DNA of 64,000 nucleotides from Botryllus schlosseri (taxonomy: Eukaryota), in contig CM119383.1 in NCBI GenBank assembly GCA_051294905.1, positions 10,354,001-10,418,000 on the forward strand, written 5' to 3'. Below are positions 10,857 to 21,733 of this stretch, one piece after another. The position numbers and the translations under genes are program-made. The notes under the pieces were generated by a model that was not told the origin of the DNA, ran no database searches, and was given only the letters and a program-made list of their open reading frames with translations. Position 1 is the stretch's first letter. The number at the start of each line of letters is the position of its first letter.

Positions 10857-12834
10857 CCACGAATCTTTATATACAATTCGCCAACACGCACACTGCACAC
10901 ATAGCGAACTAAGTCCGGCAACGTGATCACGAACCAGCCGAAATAGCGACGAACGCCGTCTAGGCCTACGCAATTGTTTTGTAGTTGTGTCCTCGCGGGA
11001 AGCGCAAAGAGTTTTTAAAGACGATTTTAATAATTATATAGGGGCTTGTATGCTATCCTTTCGCGGCCCCGGGACCATATTTACCGGTAGATAATGTGCA
11101 AAAAAGTGTGCATTCATACCCTTTAAAGGACCGAAAAGGGTGGTAAACGAAAACAGAACCTAAATCAGAACTATATCGCGGTCATAAATACTACGTTTCT
11201 ACGTACAGTCGTACATGCATAATTTGGATTAAAAGGCTGTACTCAATTTATACCGCGGTATAAGTCTTAGCAGGTGGGTTCTGATTTCATATGTCATGGG
11301 TGTATGTATATTTTATATTCTCACACACGCATATCAGGGGTAGCACAAGGGTGGAAATACACTCTATGTTAGCTAAGAGTGTAAGGCCCGTAATTATTCA
11401 TCTCAAGCAATGTTCAATGTTTCGCCCACCCCCATTTGCGGGGTTTGGGTACAGTAGTTAAAGTCCTGGCACTACAAGTACCCTGAGTGCAAGATTTGGG
11501 AAGGTGATGACTAGAAAAATGTGACCACTCACAATCACGGTCTCATTGCCGGTGATGAGTTATATTTCGGTCACCGCCTTGGCATCTGGCGCTTAAAAAT
11601 GATATGAAATAGATCAGCAGCACAATTTTAAAAGCCCCATCACCCCACTTTCTCGTGACATCGCACCGCAGGCTAATTGGGACCTCAGTGTGTCGCGGCA
11701 CAGCGGTTGAGAACCACTGTAGCAGAGAGTTGATGGTCTACTTCGGGCGTACGTCACAATGGTACAAGTTGAAAAATAGCCTGCTACTCGTTTCTTACAA
11801 TATGTGAAAGCTGCGGAGACAGTCTTCGTTAAATTTCGCCAGAACAATTGAACGACGCCTGGCAGTATTATGGATGTTATACCAATCAAAAATTATAATT
11901 TCTCTCAAAGGAAACCGATCAATCTCAATCAAATTATTCGTATATTTAACAGGACTTTGCCTGGTACAAACTCCAATAGAACCGCACACATAATATCAAA
12001 AAGGCAGCAATGAATGAAGTTTCTAATGTTTCATATGAGTTGCATACTTTTGTCGTATTTAAATTTCGGGGTAATTTTGACCATTGAATGTGAATCGGTC
12101 CGCAAGACTAAAAAGCTGAGAGACCCTGGTATAAGATACATTTGTACAGTACTCACCTTCATCAGAAACATTCGTCCCGTTGTCTTTGGTAGCCGCGATA
12201 ATACACAAACATATACATAATATATATAGATAATATATACCATTGGTCGCCATCACTATAATGACCCTTTCGCACTATTCACTAGGAGAGTTCCGTTGCA
12301 AGACAGACGTGGAAGGACGAATGCCGTTGCGAGATTTGTGACACCGAAACAGCGTTTACTCAAAGGTAGTAAGGAGTGATTCCGCGCCTCATTCTTTCAT
12401 TGTAGTTAGATAACTTTGTTATGTTGTAGTGTAAAAGAATTGCAACATTGTCATATTGGCGCCCTCATGTCTGCATCTTTACTATCGATCAATCAACGCA
12501 AGGTGCAATCCTTAATTAAGACTTCAAGGAGTGCGATATGTCAGGAATAGCGAATTCGCGGGTGACGTTGATTGCCGCATGACATGCGTCTCTCGTTTTG
12601 CAACGCTGAAACGGTTGAACATTTTCTGCTTTAATGTACTCGCCGCTATATCTCACAGCGAAATTATATGACTGATATATAGCACAACGGCACTTGACCA
12701 TTGATATTGTATCGCTACTCAGCAACCCCTACACCATTTTACGACAACTGATTATAAATGTATTCCTAACCGAGAGGCAACTTTAAAATTATAAGATATA
12801 TTTGCCATAAATTATGAGGATTTTAAAAGGACGG

Positions 12835-15800
12835 CTATATATATTTCGATGGTTTTCGGCTCCACGTATAGCTTCCGAAGTTTGAAACGGCTTTTATTAT
12901 ATCATGTAGAACCCATTCTATAAATAACAGGATAAAAAGTCTCTCCTTCTTTGGCTATTATATCTTAAAAACAACATCAACTCTGGTGCATGTGGATTGG
13001 TTTATTAGGCAATATCCGACACAATATGCGGCAATATATATTTCGATGGTTCTCTGCTCCAGGCATCTTCCGAAGCTTGAAACGGCCTTTAACATGTTAT
13101 TTAAGACCCATTCTATTCATAACAGGGCAAGAAGTATCTCCTTCTTTAGCGATTATATCTTAAAAACGACGTCAAGTCTGGTAAATGTGAAGCGGAGTAT
13201 TCGGCAATTTCCGACACAATATGCGGCAATATATATTTCGTTCGTTCTCAGCTGCAGGCATCTTTCGAAGTTTGATACGGCCTTCAACATGTTATTTAGG
13301 ACCCATTCCATTCGTAACAGAGTAAGAAGTCCTTCCTTCTTTGGCTATTAGATGTTAAAATCGACATCGAGTCTGGTGCACCCGAACTCGTGTAATAGGC
13401 AATTTCAGGCGTAATTTTCTAATAAATATAATTAGATAGTTCTCTTCTCCGGATACGTGCCGAAGTTTGAAACAAATTGTTATGACATACTTAGGACCCC
13501 TTCTCTTCATAAAAGGGTAAGAAGTCCTTCCTTCTTTGGCTATTAGATGTTAAAATCGACATCGAGTCTGGTACACCTGAACTCGTGTAATAGGCAATTT
13601 CAGGCGTAATTTTCTAATAAATATAATTCGATTGTTCTTTTCTCCGGATAGGTGCCGAAGTTTGAAACGACTTTTTATGTATTATTTAGGACGCCTTCTA
13701 TTCACAAAAGGGTAAGAAGTCCTTCCTTCTTTGGCTATTAGATGTTAAAATCGACATTGAGTCGGGTACTCCTGAACTCGTGTAATAGGCAATTTCAGGC
13801 GTAATTTTTCGCTAAATATAGTTCGATGGTTCTCTTCTCCGGATAGGTGCCGAAGTTAGAAATGAATTGGTATGTATTATTTAGGACGCCTTCTATTCAC
13901 AAAAGGGTAAGAAGTCCTTCCTTCTTTGGCTATTAGATGTTAAAATCGACATTGAGTCGGGTACCCCTGAACTCGTGTAATAGGCAATTTCAGGCGTAAT
14001 TTTTCGCTAAATATAGTTCGATGGTTCTCTTCTCCGGATAGGTGCCGAAGTTAGAAATGAATTGGTATGTATTATTTAGGACGCCTTCTATTCACAAAAG
14101 GGTAAGAAGTCCTTCCTTCTTTGGCTATTAGATGTTAAAATCGACATTGAGTCTGGTACCCCTGAACTCGTGTAATAGGCAATTTCAGGCGTAATTTTCT
14201 AATAAATATAATTCGATTGTTCTTTTCTCCGGATAGGTGCCGAAGTTTGAAACGACTTTTTATGTATTATTTAGGACGCCTTCTATTCACAAAAGGGTAA
14301 GAAGTCCTTCCTTCTTTGGCTATTAGATGTTAAAATCGACATTGAGTCGGGTACTCCTGAACTCGTGTAATAGGCAATTTCAGGCGTAATTTTTCGCTAA
14401 ATATAGTTCGATGGTTCTCTTCTCCGGATAGGTGCCGAAGTTAGAAATGAATTGGTATGTATTATTTAGGACGCCTTCTATTCACAAAAGGGTAAGAAGT
14501 CCTTCCTTCTTTGGCTATTAGATGTTAAAATCGACATTGAGTCGGGTACCCCTGAACTCGTGTAATAGGCAATTTCAGGCGTAATTTTTCGCTAAATATA
14601 GTTCGATGGTTCTCTTCTCCGGATAGGTGCCGAAGTTAGAAATGAATTGGTATGTATTATTTAGGACGCCTTCTATTCACAAAAGGGTAAGAAGTCCTTC
14701 CTTCTTTGGCTATTAGATGTTAAAATCGACATTGAGTCTGGTACCCCTGAACTCGTGTAATAGGCAATTTCAGGCGTAATTTTCTAATAAATATAATTCG
14801 ATTGTTCTTTTCTCCGGATAGGTGCCGAAGTTTGAAACGACTTTTTATGTATTATTTAGGACGCCTTCTATTCACAAAAGGGTAAGAAGTCTTTCCTTCT
14901 TTGGCTATTAGATGTTAAAATCGACATTGAGTCGGGTACCCCTGAACTCGTGTAATAGGCAATTTCAGGCGTAATTTTTCGCTAAATATAGTTCGATGGT
15001 TCTCTTCTCCGGATAGGTGCCGAAGTTAGAAATGAATTGGTATGTATTATTTAGGACGCCTTCTATTCACAAAAGTGTAAGAAGTCCTTCCTTCTTTGGC
15101 TATTAGATGTTAAAATCGACATTGAGTCTGGTACCCCTGAACTCGTGTAATAGGCAATTTCAGGCGTAATTTTCTAATAAATATAATTCGATTGTTCTTT
15201 TCTCCGGATAGGTGCCGAAGTTTGAAACGACTTTTTATGTATTATTTAGGACGCCTTCTACTCACAAAAGTGTAAGAAGTCCTTCCTTCTTTGGCTATTA
15301 GATGTTAAAATCGACATTGAGTCTGGTACACCTGAACTCGTGTAATAGGCAATTTCAGGCGTAATTTTCTAATAAATATAATTCGATGGTTCTCTTCTCC
15401 GGATAGGTGCCGAAGTTTGAAACGACTTTTTATGTTTTATTTAGGACGCCTTCTATTCACAAAAGGGTAAGAAGTCCTTCCTTCTTTGGCTATTAGATGT
15501 TAAAATCGACATCGAGTCTGGTGCACCTGAACTCGTGTAATCGGCAATTTCAGGCGTAATTTTCTAATAAATATAATTAGATAGTTCTCTTCTCCGGATA
15601 CGTGCCGAAGTTTGAAACGAATTGTTATGACATACTTAGGACCCCTTCTCTGCATAAAAGGGTAAGAAGTCCTTCCTTCTTTGGCTATTAGATGTTAAAA
15701 TCGACATCGAGTCTGGTACACCTGAACTCGTGTAATAGGCAATTTCAGGCGTAATTTTCTAATAAATATAATTAGATAGTTCCCTTCTCCGGATACGTGC

Positions 15801-18300
15801 CGAAGTTTGAAACGACTTTTTATGTTTTATTTAGGACGCCTTCTATTCACAAAAGGGTAAGAAGTCGTTCCTTCTTTGGCTATTAGATGTTAAAATCGAC
15901 ATTGAGTCGGGTACCCCTGAACTCGTGTAATCGGCAATTTCAGGCGTAATTTTCTAATAAATATAATTAGATAGTTCTCTTCTCCGGATACGTGCCGAAG
16001 TTTGAAACGAATTGTTATGACATACTTAGGACCCCTTCTCTGCATAAAAGGGTAAGAAGTCCTTCCTTCTTTGGCTATTAGATGTTAAAATCGACATCGA
16101 GTCTGGTACACCTGAACTCGTGTAATAGGCAATTTCAGGCGTAATTTTTCGCTAAATATAGTTCGATGGTTCTCTTCTCCGGATAGGTGCCGAAGTTAGA
16201 AATGAATTGGTATGTATTATTTAGGACGCCTTCTATTCACAAAAGTGTAAGAAGTCCTTCCTTCTTTGGCTATTAGATGTTAAAATCGACATTGAGTCGG
16301 GTACCCCTGAACTCGTGTAATCGGCAATTTCAGGCGTAATTTTCTAATAAATATAATTAGATAGTTCTCTTCTCCGGATACGTGCCGAAGTTTGAAACGA
16401 ATTGTTATGACATACTTAGGACCCCTTCTCTGCATAAAAGGGTAAGAAGTCCTTCCTTCTTTGGCTATTAGATGTTAAAATCGACATCGAGTCTGGTACA
16501 CCTGAACTCGTGTAATAGGCAATTTCAGGCGTAATTTTCTAATAAATATAATTAGATAGTTCCCTTCTCCGGATACGTGCCGAAGTTTGAAACGACTTTT
16601 TATGTTTTATTTAGGACGCCTTCTATTCACAAAAGGGTAAGAAGTCGTTCCTTCTTTGGCTATTAGATGTTAAAATCGACATTGAGTCGGGTACCCCTGA
16701 ACTCGTGTAATCGGCAATTTCAGGCGTAATTTTCTAATAAATATAATTAGATAGTTCTCTTCTCCGGATACGTGCCGAAGTTTGAAACGAATTGTTATGA
16801 CATACTTAGGACCCCTTCTCTGCATAAAAGGGTAAGAAGTCCTTCCTTCTTTGGCTATTAGATGTTAAAATCGACATCGAGTCTGGTACACCTGAACTCG
16901 TGTAATAGGCAATTTCAGGCGTAATTTTTCGCTAAATATAGTTCGATGGTTCTCTTCTCCGGATAGGTGCCGAAGTTAGAAATGAATTGGTATGTATTAT
17001 TTAGGACGCCTTCTATTCACAAAAGTGTAAGAAGTCCTTCCTTCTTTGGCTATTAGATGTTAAAATCGACATTGAGTCGGGTACCCCTGAACTCGTGTAA
17101 TAGGCAATTTCAGGCGTAATTTTTCGCTAAATATAGTTCGATGGTTCTCTTCTCCGGATAGGTGCCGAAGTTAGAAATGAATTGGTATGTATTATGTAGG
17201 ACGCATTCTATTCACAAAAGTGTAAGAAGTCCTTCCTTCTTTGGCTATTAGATGTTAAAATCGACTTTGAGTCGGGTACCCCTGAACTCGTGTAATAGGC
17301 AATTTCAGGCGTAATTTTCTAATAAATATAATTCGATTGTTCTTTTCTCCGGATAGGTGCCGAAGTTTGAAACGACTTTTTATGTATTATTTAGGACGCC
17401 TTCTATTCACAAAAGGGTAAGAAGTCTTTCCTTCTTTAGCGATTATATCTTTAAAACGACGTCAAGTCTGGTGAATGTGAACTGGAGTATACGGCAATTT
17501 CCGACGCAATATGCGGCAAGATATATTTCGTTCGTTTTCAGCTCCAGGCATCTTTCGAAGTTAGATACGGCCTTTAACATATTATTTAGGTCCCATTCTA
17601 TTCATAACAGAGTAAGAAGTCCCTCCTTCTTTGGCTATTATATCATAAAAACAACATCAACTCTGGTGCATGTGGATAGGTTTATTAGGCAATATCCGAC
17701 ACAATATGCGGCCTTTAACATATTATTTAGGTCCCATTCTATTCATAACAGAGTAAGAAGTCCCTCCTTCTTTGGCTATTATATCATAAAAACAACATCA
17801 ACTCTGGTTCATGTGGATAGGTTTATTAGGCAATATCCGACACAATATGCGGTGATATATATTTCGATGGTTCTCTGCTCCAGGCATCTTCCGAAGCTTG
17901 AAACGACCTTTATCATGTTATTTAGGAGCCATTCTATTCATAACAGAGTAAGAAGTGTCTCCTTCTTTGGCTATTATATCTTGAAAACAACGCAATTTCC
18001 AACACAATATGCGGCAATATATATTTCGATGGTTCTCATCTCCAGGTATCTTCCGAAGTATGAAACAGCTTTTAATATATTATTTAAGGTCCCTTATATT
18101 CAGTAAAGGGTACCAAGTTCTTTCCACTCCGGCGATAATGCATTAAAAACGACATTAATGCAGCTTAAAATTATCTGGCAACCGCTTTTTGCAGTATACG
18201 GAGATTTTCCAATCGGAAATATATAATGCTGCCATGGTAGTAACAAGTGTTTCCCATACCGCGTAATTTTTCTAATAGAATCACGGTGGTACAGCTTGAT
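12835..18300 (-). repeat. Right arm: ~21 homogeneous 195-bp units (~13325-17420) with diverged units on both sides
   Basis: Reverse complement of the left array. Perfect 780-bp duplication 15541-16320 = 16321-17100. Decayed units still recognisable at 18100-18290 (TAATTTTTCTAATAG). Confidence 0.95.
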
Positions 18301-18784
18301 GTTTACGAGTTCACGTTTCAATGCATCAAAAATTTGAATACTTACACCGGTGCAGAAGACTTGGTTAGCTGAGGGTGTGAATTGAAATTGACTCAGAAGA
18401 CGTTTAGTCGGATTAATGATCAGCAAAGATCATTGCTTGTCAAGTAAAGATAAATATTTGAACACGTAAACAGGTGTATAAGTAAATGCCAAGGTGGCAA
18501 GGTATACGCTATCAACTGAGTATCTGTCATTATTCTCTCCTATTGCAATTTTGATCAATGATCGGATCACTTAATGATACATCTTCTTACATTGACCAAC
18601 TGTGGTAAAAATGTCCTTCAATTGAATCCCATTATGGCCGTTACAGTACGCCTTAATGGTCCAGTGTACGGTAAAAATACGGAAGGCACAACCTCATTTC
18701 ACCTGGGCATTCGAAAAGAAATAAATTGACTGTTATCAGTAATCTGCTTGCTATGTAGCAAAGCTTAATATTTACACCTTAGAC

Positions 18785-19923
18785 CAGGGGTGGGCAAACT
18801 ACGGCCCGCGGACCGCATGCGGCCCGCAACACCGTTCTGTGCGGCCCGCGAGAGTCTAAAGAAACTTATTAAAAATATTGATAAAACGTGTACTCAAAAT
18901 CGAAATATTGCAGGAACTTGATTATACTTTTTAGTATATTTCACCATGATAATTTTAAGGAAGTATGGTTCTCAAACTGGGGCTCGCGACCCCTTGAGGG
19001 GCGTGAAAGCATTTGAAGAGGGGCGCGAAGCTGGGATCATCTGAAAAAAAATTTCGCGCTCTGCGCGATTTACATCCAATTCACAATTATTGATCTGTAT
19101 TTAGTCTGAATTTCATATTTAAAAATCTCTCATCCAGAGTCGTAGCCTTCCATGCCATCAAACTACCCGTTATGTTTACTAGCATCAAGGGTGCGTTTTG
19201 TGATATGACGACAAGGGATTCGCGAACTCTTTCACCATCATAAGGGGGCGTGACTTGCAAAGTTTGAGAACCACTGTTCTAAGGTAAATACTTCCTATAT
19301 CATTTTTTATGTTTAATGTCTGGCGCGACAGCCCGATATTAAAGCTCACGCAGTTTAAGAGTTTTCAACTGCTAAAAACCACAGAAATCCTAAACGAGAT
19401 TGACATAATTCAGATCACGAGTGTGATTTCAGATTAGCCACTCCAGCTTTAAATATTTCAGTGATGTACTTGTAAAAAACGATTCGCGCGTGTTTTAGGT
19501 AGATTCGTTCTCTGTATGCGTAAAACTAGGGTATCTATATTTTATCTACATATAGTAGAAGCGTCTTTGGAGCTAACATGGTTATGATGCTGTCAGCATT
19601 GTGTGTCCTGGAACTGAACCAAAAGTGGAATTATCAATCTATGAACAGATCGCTACTCACAGATTTAAAAATTTCAATCCTGTTCTAAGAATCGGGACCA
19701 CCGACTTTTATCTTTATACTTTTAACAAATTGGTTATTGAGGTCGATCAGTCTATGAAATCTCGCCACTGTTTCTGACGCATGTACGATATCATCAAAGC
19801 AATCCTTGGTTTGTTTTAAATAAGCATCTCCATGTCCTCACTACATAATCAAATACCAATATTGGTTTATAATCCCAATTTTATATAGTGCGGCCCGCGA
19901 GCTCAAAAGTTTGCCCACCCCTG
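18785..19923. mobile_element. hAT (Buster/Charlie-type) MITE
   Basis: TIR CAGGGGTGGGCAAACT at both ends, GCGGCCCGCG subterminal motifs, perfect 8-bp TSD CCTTAGAC. Confidence 0.93.
18961..19276. mobile_element. Nested hAT MITE
   Basis: TGGTTCTCAAACT ... AGTTTGAGAACCACTG; TSD TTTTAAGG / TTCTAAGG. Confidence 0.8.
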
Positions 19924-20321
19924 CCTTAGACCCTATAATGTGTGGGAGTATTGACAGTTTCCTAATGTGCCGATACAAATGATATGAAGTAGGCCTCGCC
20001 TAGGTACCGTATATAGATTTCACGACTTATCACTAGTTTGCTTGAACTTCTACAAAGGCCAATCATTGGACCCAAACGGCCGTTAAGTTGTTAGTCACAC
20101 CTTTTTTACCATACCGTACCATAATTGATGCCGAAATATGATGGTAAGCACTCTTTCTATGTAGTAGTTGCAAGTTGATTTCTACCTTGTAATTTGAAAT
20201 ACTGGTAATTTATGTTTAACACAGAGATAAAATTAAGCCTTGTGAAGTATATATAACATGAGCGATACGAAACAAACAGAATTAACTAAGTTCAAAGCAA
20301 GCTGAATTGTTTCAGGTAGAC

Positions 20322-21593
20322 CAGTGGTTCCCAACCTTTTTCGACTCATCGCCCCCTTTTTCAAACTCCATATCGATCATCGCCCCCCAAATATTGGGAA
20401 CCGAAAAATGGGCATACATATTGAAATCACCGGCGAGTTGACTAAGCAAAAAGGTCAGCTTCTCGGCTCGACCTCGAAATTATACTTTTCCAGCTAAATG
20501 TTGGTGAGTTCACTAACTAAAAAGGTGATTTCTCCGACTTGATTCCAAAAGGCCGTAACAGAACTTCGTCAGCCCCCCCCCCCGATACGTTGGTCTTGAC
20601 CCCCCTCCATAGGGCGATAAAGCAAACTTCTTCACCCTTCAGACCCAACTCCCCGATACCTCTTTACCGCTACTTCTCAGCACAAATTGTTGGACTCTTT
20701 AGCGAAAAATTTCAATCATTCATGATTGGATCGGTCAATATGATCGGGAATTGCATAGATATTGATCTCATTTTTTTATCTAGCTCTGCTCATGTATTCA
20801 GATATACCGGTAAAGCTGAGTGAGGTGTCTTGGAAAATGTAGGGCCCGTAAATATTAATTGAACATATTCGGGCGGAGCCGTGGGTATAATGACTTCGTT
20901 ACGTAATGATATTTCGTGGCCTGTCTGCTATGTCAAAAGATATTCAAATCGCCCATACGTACTAAACTAAGAGATGCACACGATTTCAAATTGGTATTTC
21001 TGCACTGGCGATTAATTTTTCTCTGAGAGATGGCATTTTTTGTGGGATTCTGATTGCCAGTACAGGAACATTTGGCGCCTATGGGCAATTAAATATATAT
21101 GTACATCGGATATATATCGAATTAGGTCAGCCTAAAGGCAGTCCTTTTCCGCCAAGGTTTTATCGTTCTGACACTCTTCTCGGAGTCGCATGTTACATGG
21201 CCTGAAAGTTCATATGTCTTGGTGTGGATAATGGCTGACGCCGAGATGCCCATTTCTATAACTCATGCGTATCATTTCTTGAAGAAAGGGTATGCAATAA
21301 GCAAGAAAAAAGCGACCAGGAAATGGCGCGCAGCGCGAATTTTTTTGAAAAATTTGCCTAAATTTCCAAAATACTACTCTATAATTGATGTTAATTCACG
21401 AAAATATTATGAGCCCCCTTCGAGCTCGAGCCCCCCATCCTAATTGGGGTGTGGCAGATACGGTCATGAACGCCAGTATAGCCATTTCAACGCTCCATTT
21501 TTCGCTCATTTTTCGCCCCCTTGGCTATTTTCGCCCCCCTGGACCGACAAATCGCCCCCTGGGGGGCGATATCGCCCACGTTGGGAACCACTG
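20322..21593. mobile_element. hAT (Buster/Charlie-type) MITE just upstream of MCM9
   Basis: TIR CAGTGGTTCCCAAC, TCGCCCCC subterminal repeats, perfect TSD AGGTAGAC. Same family as 36632-37023. Confidence 0.92.
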
Positions 21594-21733
21594 AGGTAGA
21601 CCGACTTTCATGCAAAGAATCGATTGATTCAGGTTTTGGAATTGAGTAACTCCACTGAATCCATTGAATTAGTGCTCATAGGCTACTGTGTCCGTACAAA
21701 ATAATTGGCATGCCTTATGCATTATAGATATCA

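Larger units (their letters stand above)
1..18300 (-). mobile_element. Foldback-type Mutator (FB-NOF/Rehavkus-like) DNA transposon with long tandem-repeat inverted arms; left terminus outside window, right terminus fades out near 18300
   Basis: 195-bp repeat arrays in opposite orientation (1-~3800 and ~12835-~18300) flank a MULE-type DDE transposase gene. Positions 1-~1170 are the reverse complement of ~15160-16328. No terminal TIR or TSD can be assigned. Confidence 0.8.

Noticed and set aside
1-17420. CRISPR-like interpretation of the arrays
   Set aside because: Units are near-identical along their full length with a few recurring variants and no unique spacers; context is eukaryotic with no cas genes.
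17357-18106. 249-aa ORF with a 65-aa periodicity (and similar ORFs at 12986-13351, 2693-2881, 3178-3393)
   Set aside because: Read-through of diverged 195-bp units (195 is a multiple of 3). The same frame has TAG in every core unit (GGC TAT TAG), and no known domain is recognisable.
18100-18426. 108-aa minus-strand ORF next to the right arm
   Set aside because: Largely overlaps highly decayed satellite units; no recognisable domain.
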